Shown in pieces: positions 25,501 through 37,477 of a stretch of 64,000 nt of DNA. The stretch is taken from NCBI RefSeq assembly GCF_009914755.1, contig NC_060945.1. One strand, 5' to 3'. Below the pieces are notes generated by a model. The model searched no databases and was not told the origin of the DNA. It worked only from the letters and a program-made list of their open reading frames with translations. The translations under genes and the position numbers were made by a program. Numbering within the stretch: position 1 is the first letter of the stretch; every line of letters begins with the position of its first letter. This DNA comes from the human T2T-CHM13v2.0 reference genome, Homo sapiens.

Positions 25501-28500
25501 CAGGGGTGTGATGGCTGGGCTTCCAAGGCCTTGGGCAGCTTAGCTCCTGTGGCTTTGCAGGGTTTATGCCTCTCGGCTGCCCTCAGGGGCTCGGCTGGTG
25601 TTGAGTGCCTGTGACTTTTCCCCACTAAGGATACAAGTTGTTGGGGGTCTATGAATCTGGGGTCTGCATGATGGTGGCCTCCAGTGTGGAGGCTCCAACC
25701 CCATGTTTTCCTTCTGCACTGCCCTAGTAGAAGTTTCATATAAGGCTCTGCCTTTTTGGGATGCTTTTGCCTGGACACCCAGGCCTTTCCATACATCTTC
25801 CAAAATCTATAGAGAGGTTCCCAAGCCTCTAGTCTCATGCTCCGTCCACCAGTGGCTTAACACTATGAGGAAGTTACCAAGGCTTCTAGCTGGCACCCTC
25901 TGTAGCAGTGACCCAAGCTGTAGCTGTGCATCTTTCAGTCATGGCTGGAGCTGGAGCTGGAGCTGCAGGGATGCAGGCAGCAGTGTCCTGAGGCTGCACA
26001 GAGAGGGGGGGCATGGAACTGGCCCACGAAACCATTCTTCTCTCCTAGGCCCCAGGGCCTGTAACAGCAAGGGCTGCTGCAAAGGTCTCTGAAATGCCTT
26101 CAAGGCCTTTTCCCTATTGTCTTGTCTATTAGCACTGGGCTCCTTTTCATGCGAGTTTCTGAAGCCTTCCTCAATTTTACCCCTGAAAATCAGCTTTTCT
26201 TTTTGACCACATGGCCAGGCTGCAAATTTTCCAAACTTTTGAGTTCTGTTTCTCATGTAATGTAAGAGTTGGGACTCATTTAATGTAAGTCTCATCCAGA
26301 GGTCATTTCCTCCATCACACATAAGAGCACAGGCTGTGTGATGCAGACAGGACACCTCTTGAGTTTGCTGCTCAGTTCATTCCACCAGATACTCAGTAAA
26401 TCATCACCCTCAAGTTCAAAGTTTCACAGATCTCCAGGGCGAGGTCACCGTGCAGCCACGTTCTTTGCTAAGGTAACAAAAGTAACTTCGACTTCTGTTC
26501 CCAGTAAGTGCTTCATTTTCATCTCAGACCTTCTAAGTCAGGCTTTCACTGACCATTTTCCTGTGAGCCTTCTGATCACAAGTGTTTAACAATTCTTTAC
26601 AAAGATCCAAACTTTCATTCATCTTCTTGTCTTTGAAGCCCTCCAAACTTTCCTGACCTCTGTCCGCTACTCCCTTCTGAACCTGCTTCTACATTATCAC
26701 TATCTTTGCCACAGCCTGGCAATGTGGTAAAGGAAAACAAGTCCATTTTCAGGGGGAAAATTCTTGAAGCCTTCACATACTTGAAAGAAAAGAAGCTGAG
26801 TGCTGATTGCCAAGACAATGACATTTAATAGTTCCACTTTGCACTACTAATTTTCTCTATGATCATAAAGAAAAGAGGTTTAATTGGCTCATGATTCTGC
26901 AGACCATAAGGAAACATAATGGCTTCTGAATCTGGGAGGACTCAGGAAGCCTCCCAATCATATCAGAATGTCCAGGGGCAATGACATGATTCATGTGGCA
27001 GGAGTAGGCACAAGACACACACAGGAGAGAGGACCACACCCTATTATACAAACAGATCTCATGAGAACTCACTATCACAAGGTCAGCATCATGAAGATAG
27101 TGCTTAAACACTGATGAAAGAACAACCACCCACCCCCAATTCTTGCTGTTTCCAAACAGAAGCCTGCTGGACAGGCAAAGCCTCCTGGAAAACTTCTACC
27201 AGGGAAGTGTGGAAGGAAAATACGGGCTTGAAGCCCCCATGCAGATGGCCACCAACCTCCAGACCCCAGATTCATAGACCCACCAAGAGCTCACACCCTC
27301 TGTGGAAAAGCTACAGGCACTCAACAACAGCCCAGCCCGTGAGAGCAGCTGCACGGGCTAAACCCTGCATAGCCACAGGTGCTCTGTCCTAGTAGAACTT
27401 TTCCATGAGTTTTGCCTCTCCAGCAGACTACTCCCCCTTCCTGCTACCCCCACCCTCCCACCACTCTACTGCCAGCCTACTCCTCCCCACCCTAACCAAC
27501 CCTTTTGTGATACCCTACCTTGTTTTAACCTGGTCGACTCTCCCTTAGCTGCGAGAGCCAGAAAGACTCCATCTTGGCTCCTTCACTTGCAGCCCCTTAC
27601 CCACCCCCCTTCCTCAAGGACTTAACTTGTGCAAGCTGACTCCCAGCACATCAAAGAATGCAATTACTGATAAGATACTCTGGCAAGCTATATCCATAGT
27701 TCCCAGGAATTCGCCCGGTTGATAGTAACCAAAACCCCCGCATTTGTGTCCAGTTGATAGCACCCAAAGCCCCCACATCTATCACCTTTGGATGGATTTA
27801 AAGCCCCTGCACATGGAAATGTTTGTTTTCCTGTAGCCATTTATCTTTTTAACTTTTTTGCCTGTTTTGCTGCTGTGAGAGTCCTTCAGCGAGGCTCCCC
27901 CTCCCCTTTCTAAACAAAAGTATAAAAGAAAATCTAGCCCCTGCTTCCAGGCCAAGAGAATTTTGAGCACTAGCGGGCTCTCAGTTGCCGGCAATAAAGG
28001 TCTCCTGAAGTCGTCTCATAGTGTGGCGTTTCTCTACAACTCACTCGGTTACAACCCTTTTCCTTGCACCCTCGACGACCTCCAATCCATGATTAAATCA
28101 TCTCCCCCAGGCCCCACTTTCAACATTTGGAATTACAATTGCACCTGAATTTTTATAGGGACACACAGCCAAACCGTATTATTCTGACCCTGATATTCCA
28201 GAATCTCATGTCCTTAACACAGAGCAAAATACAATCATGCCTTTTCAAAACTTCCAACAGCCTTAACTCATTCCTGTGTAAAAAGTTCAAAGTCTCATCT
28301 GAGACAAGGGTACTGTCCCTTCTGCCTATGGGTTCCTGAATTTAAAAGAGATTTCTTTTCTTTCAAGGTACAATGATGGTACAGGTGTTGTGTAAGCTTT
28401 ATCAATCCAAAGGGAAGTAATTTCCCAGAATACACAAACGGGACCGCAGGGCAAATGCAAGTCCAACACCCAGCAGGACACTATTCACTCAATCTCACAG

Positions 28501-29500
28501 CTCAAAAATCATCAAGAGAACTCACTATCATGCGGACAGCATTAAGGAGATAGCGTTTACCCATTTGTGAAGAATCTGCCCTCCCACCCTCATCTTTCAC
28601 TCCCACCCATAAAATAATCTCTCCCATTCTCCCCACACCCCTACCTCCAACACCCACTCTTCTCCATGATTAAATCACCTCCCACCAGGTCCCACCTTTA
28701 ACATTCCCCACGACAATTCCACATGAATATTGGTAGAGACACAGAATCAAATCATATTATTCTGGCTCTTGCTCCCCAAATCTTGTATCCTTGTCACGCT
28801 GCAAAATACAATGATGACTTCTCTACTGTCCCCCAATGACTTAACTCATTCCAGCATTTACTGAAATGTCCAAGGACTTACAGACCCCATACAAGTCAAA
28901 AACCCAGCAGGCCAGTCATTGAATCCTACAGCTCCAAATCATCTTTTCTGAATGGACATGTCCCATCCAGATCACAGGTGTGTCAAGGCTGGGCTCCCAA
29001 GGCCTTGGGCAGCTCTGCACCTGTGGCTGTGCATGGTCTATCCCCCACAGCTGCCCTCATGGGCTGGGCTGGTGTTGAGTGCCTGTAGCTTTTCCAAACT
29101 AAGGTTGGAAAAGCCAGCTGTTGGTGGGTCTATGAATCTGGGGTCTGGAGAATGGTGCCTCCATGTTTAGGGACTCCAGTCTTATATTCTCCTTCTGTAC
29201 TGCCCTAGTAAAAGTTTCCCATGAGGCTCTGCCTCTTGGAAAAGCTTCTGCCTGAACACCCAGGTTTTTCCATACATACTCTGGAGTCTAGATGCAGGCT
29301 TCCAAGCCTCTAGTTTTGTTCTCTGTGCAGCTGCTGGCTTAACACTATGTGGAAGCCACCAAGGCTTGGAGCTTGCACCCCTGAAGCAGTGATGCAAGCT
29401 GTACCTGTGCATCTTTCAGCCATGGCTGGAGCTGGATCTGCAGGGATGCAGGCAGCAGTCTCCTGAGGCTGCACACAGAGGGGGTCATGGAACTGGACCA
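19561..29500. repeat. Higher-order repeat copy 2, truncated (A'-B'-C' only)
   Basis: Collinear with 1-~9950, then switches back to monomer-A sequence at about 29,500-29,555 (ORF 30320 matches ORF 1001, offset 29,319). Confidence 0.9.
27506..28053 (+). mobile_element. Second copy of the LTR6-like solo LTR (monomer C')
   Basis: Same 548-bp length, termini and flanks as 7963-8510; duplicated with the HOR. Confidence 0.8.
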
Positions 29501-32500
29501 GGAAACCATTCTTCTCTCCTAGGCCCCAGGGCCTGACAGCAAGGGCTGCTGCAAACATCTCTGAAATGCCTCCAAGACGTTTTCCCCCAGTGTCTTGGCT
29601 ATTAGCACTGGCCTCCATTTTATGCAAGTTTCTGGAGCCTTCATGAATTTTCCCCCTGAAAATCAGCTTTCCTTTTTAACCACTTGACCAGGCTGCAGAT
29701 GTTCCAAACTTTTGAGCTCTGCTTGTCATTTAAGTATAAGTTCCAACTTGAGGTCATTTCCTCGGTCACACATAACCTCGGTCACACATGAAAGCACAGG
29801 CTGTTTGATGCAGACATGCCCCCACCCTTGTGCTATGCTGCCTAGAAGTTCTTTCCACCAGATATGCACTAAATCTTCACCCTAGAGTTCAAAATTTCAC
29901 AGATCTTGAGGGCAAGGTCGCCCTGCAGCCATGTTCTTTGCTACAGCAAAACAAAAGCTAACCTTGGCTCCCGTTCCCAGTAAGATCCTCATTTTCATCT
30001 GAGACCTTGTAAGCCTGGCCTTCACTGTCCATCCTTCTGTCAGCCTTTCAATCACAACTATTTAACAAGTGCCTACAATGGTCTAAACTTTCCTTCATCT
30101 CTCTGTCTTCTTTCAAGATCTCCAAACTCTCCAACCTCTGGCTGTTACCCACTTCCGAACCTGCTTTACATTTTCAGCTATCTTTGTTGCAGCCTGGCAA
30201 TGCAGAAGAAAAAGAAGTCCATTTTCAGGGGGAAACTTCAAGAAGCCTTCAGATATTTGCATTAAAAAGAAGTCCAGTGTTAATAGCCAAGACGATGGGG
30301 AAATGTCATTGAAGATATTTCATAGCTCCACTTCGCAGTACTTTATTTTCTGTATGATCATAATGAAAAGGGGTTTAATTGGCTCATGGTTCTGCAGGCT
30401 GTAAAGAAAGCATAGTGGCTTCTGCTTCTGGGAGGACTCAGGAAGCCTCCCAATCACAGCAGTAGGAAAACTGCAATGAAATGTTTCATACAGAAGGAGT
30501 AGGAGCAAGGCTGAGAGAGGAAAGTGGTGCCACACCATCCTGTAACCAGATCTCATGAGAACTCACTATCACTAGGTCAGCATCAAGAAGATGGTGTTTA
30601 ACCATTGGTGAAGGATCCGCCCCCCAACACAGCTCCACCCCCTACCGTTCCAGACAGAAGCCTGCTGCAGAGGCAGAGGCTCTTGGAAATCCTGTACTAT
30701 GGCAGTGCAGAAGGAAAATAAGGGCTTTGAGTGACTATGCAGGAGGCCACCAGCCTCTAGACCCCAGATTCATAGACCTACCAACAGTTCACACCCTCAG
30801 TATGGAAAAGTGATAGGCACTCAACACCAGCCAAGCCCATGAGAGCAGCCATGGGGCCTAAAGCCTCCAAAGCCACAGGCGCACTGCCCTGGTAGAGGTT
30901 TTCCATGAGCCGCTGCCTCTGCAGCAGGCTACACCCCCTTCCTACTACCCACCACCCTCCCACCACCCTACAGCCAGCCTACTCTTCCCCACCCTACCCA
31001 CCCCTTTTTTCTTCCACCCCTACCCCTCCCATTCATGATTAAATAATCTCACACCAGGCCTCACCTCCAACATTTGGGATTACAATTCCACATGAGTTTT
31101 TCCAGGGGCACATAGCCAAATCATATTATGCTGACCTTGACCCCCCCAAATCTCATATCCTTCTCACAGAATAAAATACAATCGTGTCTTTTCAAAGTTT
31201 CCAAAAGCCTTAACTCATTCCCACATTAACTCAAATATAAAAAGTTCAAAGTCTCATCTGAGACAAGGCTACAATCTCTTCTGCATATGAGTCCCTGAAG
31301 TTAAAAGGGTGTTCGTTTCTTTCAAGGTACAATGATGGTACAGGTATTGGGTAAGCTTTCTCAATCCAAAGGGAAGAAATTTCCAAGAAAAATAACACAA
31401 ATGTGACCACAGGCCCAATGGACATCCAAAATCCTGCAGGTCAGTGTTCATTCAATCTCACAGCTCCAAAATCATGAAGAGAACTCACTATCAGAAGGAC
31501 GGCATTAAGGAGATGTTGTTTAACCGTTTGTGAAGGATGCACCCCCACCCCTGCCTTACACCCCCAACCCCACCACAATCCCCTCCAACCCTACCCACCA
31601 CCCAGTCCACCCCAAACCTCCCCACCCCGCCAACCATCCAACCTCCACTCTCCATCATGTTTAAACCACCTTCTACCAGCCCCCACCTTTAACATTTCCC
31701 ATTAACCTTCTGCTTGAACTTTGGTAGAGACAGAGAGCCAAAACATATTATTCTGTCCCTGGTCCCCCAATGCTCATGTCTCTCTCACATTGCAAAATGC
31801 AATGATGCCTTCCCTAGAGTCTCTCCAATCTTAACTCATTCCAGCATTTACTCAAATGCCCAAAGCCCAGAGTATTATCTGAGACAAGTCTACACTCCCT
31901 TCTGCCCATGAGCCACTGATTTGTAAAGCAAGTTTATTACTTCCAAGGTAAATGATTGTACAGGCAATGGGTAAGCAGTCCCAGGCAACAGAAAAAAAGA
32001 AAATTGCTAGAAAGAAGCACAAAACACAGATGGGACTCATAGGATACATAAGTGTCCAAAACCCAGCAGGCCAATCACTCAATCCTACAGCTCCAAAATC
32101 ATCGTTTTTGAATCCTTGTCCCACATCCATGGCACAGGGCTGTGAGGGCTGAGCTCCCAAGGCCTTGGGCAGATCTGACCTGTGGCTTGGCAGCGTTCAG
32201 CCTCTGCAGCTGCCTCTCATGGACAGGGCTACTGTTGAGTGCCCATAGATTTTCCACACTGAGGGTGCAAGCTGTTTGTAGGTCTATGAATCTGGGGTTT
32301 GGACATTGATGCCTCCCTCTGTGGGGGCTTCAACCCTATAAGTCTCTTCTTTGCTCCCCTAGTAGAGGTTCCCCATGAGGTTCTGCCTCTTGGAAAAGCT
32401 TCTTCCTGGACATCCAGGATTTTCTGTACATCTTCTGGAGTCTAGACAGGAGCTCCCAAGCCTCTAGTCTCTTTCTCTGTGCACCTACTGTCTTAACACT

Positions 32501-35320
32501 ATGTGGAAACCATCAAGGCTTTGAGCCACCTCTGAAGCAGTGACCCAAGCTGTACCTGTGCATCTTTCAGCCATGACTGGTGCTGGAGCTGCAGGGATGC
32601 AGGCAGCAGTGCCCTGTGGTTGAGCACAGCAGCAGAGCCATGGGACTGGCCCAGGAAACCATTCTTCTCTTCTCTCCTAGGCCCCACGGTCTGTGACAGC
32701 AAGGGCTGCTGCAGAGGTCTCTAAAATACCTTCAAGGCCAGTTTCCCACTGTCTTGGCTGTTTGCACTGGGTTCCTTTTTATGCAAATAACCTAAGCCTT
32801 CTTGAATTTTCCCCCTTAAAATCGGCTTTTCTTTTTGACCACTTGGCCAGGCTCCAAATTTTCCAAATTTTAGATCTCCACTTGAAGTTCCAACTTGAAG
32901 TTATTTCTTAGGTCACACATAAGAACACAGGCTGTTCAATGCAGACAGGACACCTCTTGTGCTATGCTGCCTAGATGTTCATTTCACCAGATACATCCTA
33001 AATCATCACCCCCAAGTTCATAGTTTCACAGATCTCCAGGGCAGGGTCCCTGTGCTGCCACGTCCTTTGCTAAGGCCAATCAAATGTAATATTGGCCCCT
33101 GTTCGTAGGAAATTCCTCATTTTCATCTGAGAACTTTTAAGTCTGGACGTCAGTGTTTACCCTTTTCTCAGCCTTCTGATCACAAGTATTTAACAAGTCT
33201 CTATAGTGGTCCAATATTTTCCTCATCTTGTTGTCTTCTAAGCTTTCCCAACTCTTCCTACCTCTGTCTTTTACCGACTTCTGAACCCGGTTCTACATTG
33301 TCAGCTATCTTTATCAGAGCCTGGCAATGTGATAAAAGAGAAAAGTCCATTTTCAGGGGGAAAATTCACAAAGGCTTCAGATATTTCCATGAAAATAAGC
33401 TGAGTGCTGGTTGCCAAGACAAAGGGGAAAGGGCCTTGAAGGCATTTCATGGCTCCACTTCACAGCACTAATTTTCTGTATGATCATAAAGAAAAGAGGT
33501 TTAATTGGCTCATGGTTCTGCAGGCTGTAAAGGAAGCATAGTGGCTTCTGCTTCTGGGAGGATCAGGAAGCCTCCCAGTCATACCAGAAGGCCAAGGGGC
33601 AAGGAGATGTTTCATATGGCAGGAGTAGAAGCAAGACTGAGAGAGGAAAGAGGTGCCACACCCTGTTATATAACCAGACCTCATGAGAACACACTATCAT
33701 GAGGACAGCGTCAAGAAGATGCTGCCTAACCATTGGTGAAGGATCTGCCTCCCACCCCCACCTCCCAATGTTTCCAGGGAGAAGCCTGCTGCAGACGCAG
33801 AGTTCTTGGGAAACCTCTACTAGGGCAGTGCATTAGGAAAATATGGACTTGGAGCCCCCACACAGGGGACTACCACCCTCCAGACCCCAGATTCATAGAC
33901 CCACCAACAGCTTGCACCCTCCGTGTGGAAAATCTACAGGCACTCAACACTAGTCCAGTCCATGAGAGCAGCCATGTTTCTCAAACCTGCAAAGCCACAG
34001 GTGCACTGCCCTAGTAGGGGTTTTCCATGAGGCTCTGCCTCTGCAGCAGGCTACTCCCCCTTCCTCTACCCACCACCCTCCCACCACCCTACAGCCAGTC
34101 TACTCCCTCCCACCGTACCCACCCCTTTTTCCCTTCCACATCCACCCCCACCCATCCATGATTAAATCAGTCCCTCCCACTCCCTCTCATACTCTTATCC
34201 CTCCAAACCCTTCCAATCTTTGTTTGCTACCCACTACTGAGCCTGCTTCTACTTTTTCAGGTATCTATATAGCAGGTTGGCTATGTAGCAATAACAAAAA
34301 TCCCATTTAAGGGGAAAAATTCAAGAAGATTTCAGAAATTTGCATATAAAGAAGCCCTGTGCTAATAGCCAAGACAAAGGAAAAAAGGCCTTGAAGACAT
34401 TTCACAGCTCCTCTCTGCAGTTCTAATTATCTGTATTATTGTAAATAAAAGAGGTGTAATTTACTCATGGTTCTGCAAGCTGTGAAGGAAGCATAGTGTC
34501 TTCTGTTTCTGGGAGGAATCAGGAAGCCTCCTCATTATATCAGAAAGCCAAGGGAAAATGAGATGCCTCCTAAAGCAGGAGCAGGAGGAAGACAGAGTGA
34601 GGAAAGAGGTTCCACAGCCTGTTAAGGAATCAGATCTCATGAGAACTCACTCACTATCAGGAGGTGATGGTCCTTTATCAAGGTGATGGTCCTTTATCAT
34701 TCGTGAAGGATCTACCTGCACCATTTTATGACTAAATCTTTTTCCACCTAGGCCCCGCCTCTGACATCACAGAATATAATTCCACATGAGTTTTGGTAGG
34801 GACATAGAGAAAAACCATATTATTCTGTCCCTGACCCCACGAATCTCATATCCTTCTCACATTGCAAAATACAATCATGCCTTGCCAGCAGTCTCCCAAA
34901 GTCTTAACTCACTTCAGCATTAACTCAAAGTTACAAGGTCCAAAGTGTCATCTGGGTCAAGGCTACAGTCTCTTTGCCTATGAGTCTCTGAAATAAAAAG
35001 CAAGTTCACTGCTTCTAAGGTACAATGATGGTACAGGCATTGTGTAAGCTTTCCATATCCAAAAGGAAGACATTTTCCAGAAAGCTTCTTATTTCTCTCT
35101 GAGACCTCTTCAGCCTGGCCTTCACTGTCCATGTTTCTGTCAGGATTTTTGTCACAACCATTGAACCAGTCTCTAGGATGGTCCAAAAGTTTTCTCATCT
35201 ATCTGTCTTCTTTTGAGCCCTCCAAATTCTTCCAACCTCCATCCATTACCTGGTTCCAAAGCTGCTTCCACATTTCCAGGTATCTTTATAGCAATGCTCC
35301 AGTCTTCATTTGCCATTTTC

Positions 35321-35674
35321 TGTATGATTTATTTTGAAAAAGAGGTTTAATTGTCTCATGGTTCTAAGCACAGTGCTTCTGCTTCTAGGAGGCCTCAGAA
35401 ATCTTTCAATAATCATGGAAGGCAAAGAAAGAATCAGTTCTCTCACATGGCAAGAGGAAAACACAGAGAGTAGGGATGTGACATAGAGTTTTCAGTGACC
35501 AGATCTCATGAGAAGTCACTCATTATTGTGAGCATGGTACAAGGGGATGGTGCTGAACCATTCATGAGAAATTTGCCTTCATAATTCAATCACCTTATAG
35601 CAGGATCCACCTTCCACATTAGGAAATATAACTCAACATGAGATTCGGTGTGGACACATATTCGAATTGCATCA
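35321..35674 (-). mobile_element. Terminal, uninterrupted MSTA-like LTR at the array edge
   Basis: Collinear with the reverse-complemented MSTA LTR (aagaggtttaattg...aggggatggtgctgaaccattcatgagaaa...caacatgagatt...catca); lacks the inverted inserts seen in the array monomers. Confidence 0.8.
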
Positions 35675-35919
35675 TCGATCTTTGAATATAAAGACTTCCA
35701 CAGCAGGCTTTATCCAGCCAACTTCTTTGAGACTCTTTATAGGGTTTGAGGTCTAGAGCACATACACTAAAATATTCATACTTCAAAAAGCAATAAAGTG
35801 GTATTATCATTTTTCCAAAAGTTACAGCGGTAGTTTAGGCATTCATAGCATGATTTAGTTCACATTTGCTACCGTTTCTATTCTATCACCATATTAACTG
35901 TTTCCTATACAATTCTGTA

Positions 35920-36800
35920 TTCAGCTGGATTTCAGTTGAGCACAAAACCATCCTTGTACTAGCTCTTTGCTAGTGTTATTATTCTGCTGTAGAAAGTATC
36001 CTTGAACTGGAAACAGTCCACGATGGAGTATCAAGTCATTCAACACTATCAATTCCTGGGTGACTTTTTGAAAAAGTAGTATCTCTTGTTGCAAGTAATG
36101 CTGCATCTGTGAGTCCATGTCTCTCACTGGAATTGGATGGAAGTGGTGAATTTCAGCCAAAGTGGCCAAAGAAATCCTGTTCCTGTGATTCTGACATCAT
36201 CAGCCTCTGCACCTTTATATTCCCTTCTGCCACTTGTTGTTTGCTCTCCGTGACTTTAGTAAGAGCTTCCTTGTGTATGTGGATGATGTCCAGGATGTTG
36301 GTCTGGTGTCCCTGAGACAGCACTAACAGGTCCATGGCTGGGTCCAGGTCCTGCCTGGACTGATTGGCAAAGACCTCACAGACAGTGTGGAAGGCATCTA
36401 TACTCAAGTGAATGGCCTGGTCCAGCTCCAAGGCCTGGCTGAGGCTGAAGAAGAACTGGCAGCCTTCTGATGCTCTTTCTTAAAGCCTGTCACCACTCAT
36501 TGGCTGTGAAGTTGAGCTGAGTGCCCTGTTGTCCATCTTCTTGGTGAAGCACTTGAAGCCGTCAATCTTGCTCTCCCACTCCTAAAGGTTGAGTGTCGCC
36601 CTGGGGGTGGGCTCAGGGTCAGGAAGAATCTGGCACTCACCAACTCATCCTTCTCAGCCTTCCTCTTGCCCTGTCTCCAGGCTGTCTCTTCAGTGCTGGT
36701 GGGGCGCATCAGGAAGTGACAAAAAATGTGGCACTGTGCCTGCATCCAGAAGCTGGCCGTGTGGTTCATCCACCAGATTGGGCCCTTTCTGCACTTGAAC
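35920..36800 (-). pseudogene. SNX18P: Processed sorting nexin 18 pseudogene fragment (PX end + BAR domain + start of 3' UTR), frameshifted
   Basis: Translations [56 protein letters not shown]...[12 protein letters not shown] and [27 protein letters not shown] match SNX18 but are spread over different frames, with no intron between them. Confidence 0.9.
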
Positions 36801-36808
36801 ATAGACCC

Positions 36809-36967
36809 CACTTCACCATAGATGCCTTCCACACTGTCAGTGAGCTCTTTGCCAATCAGCCCAGGCAGGACCTGGACCCAGTCATGGACCTGTTAATGCT
36901 GTCTCAGGGACACCAGGCCAACACCCTGGACATCATCCACATACCCAAGTAATCTCTTACCAGAGTC
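36809..36967 (+). pseudogene. Inverted duplicate of an SNX18 BAR-domain segment
   Basis: The + frame reads [44 protein letters not shown]; it is the reverse complement of 36252-36410. Confidence 0.88.
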
Positions 36968-37133
36968 CTTCTCAAGATGGCCTGTGGTCTGCCTCTTGGC
37001 ATCCAAGAAGCCCACAGTGCTGTAGAAGCCCTGATGCATGGAATGGAGCCCCAAAGGCAGCACACACCCCGCTCCTGAGCCTACTGCTCATTTCCTCTAT
37101 GTGGCTCCATTTGCAGCACATTTGTTGCACTGA

Positions 37134-37477
37134 GGCCTGTGCATGCCAGGCAAGGCCAAGCTGACTCAAAGAGCAACCAGCCACCTCTGCAAGGGTGTGC
37201 CAGGAGCCGGTGGACCAGCCACCAACCTTACTCCCTGCCAGTCAGGGTAAATCAGTTATTGTGCCCTGGAGGTAGAGCCCCAGTGCCATCCGCTTTTCCT
37301 CAGGCCTCCACTCCATCAGCTGTCAGGTGGTGGTAACTCAGGCTGTGGGAACCTGGCCATCCCTGTTTCCTTTAAGTGGGGGAGGTTGGTGGCTGGTCCA
37401 CCTGCTCCTGGCACACCCTTGCAGAGGTAACTGGTTGCTCTTTGAGCCAGCTTGGCCTCACCTGGCATACACAGGCC
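37134..37477. repeat. Inverted repeat, 95-bp arms, 154-bp spacer
   Basis: 37134-37228 vs the reverse complement of 37383-37477: 7 mismatches by manual alignment. Confidence 0.9.

Larger units (their letters stand above)
1..35674 (-). repeat. Macrosatellite of rearranged MaLR (MSTA-like LTR + MST-internal) monomers, ~3.1-3.5 kb each, ~11 copies; extends beyond the left window edge
   Basis: The anchor (g)acagcaagggctgctgcaaa, or a variant, recurs near 215, 3385, 6520, 9995, 13075, 16535, 19775, 22935, 26065, 29535 and 32695. Each unit contains reverse-complemented MSTA LTR motifs (aaagaggtttaattggctcatggttctgcaggctgt...ccagatctcatgagaactcactatca...ccaaaccatatta) and MST-internal motifs (ggctcccaaggccttgggcagctctgcacctgtggc). 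Confidence 0.93.

Noticed and set aside
1-35674. CRISPR-like or prokaryotic repeat-spacer system
   Set aside because: Units are kilobase-scale retroelement fragments in Alu/L1-containing primate DNA; no short repeat-unique spacer pattern and no cas-like ORFs.
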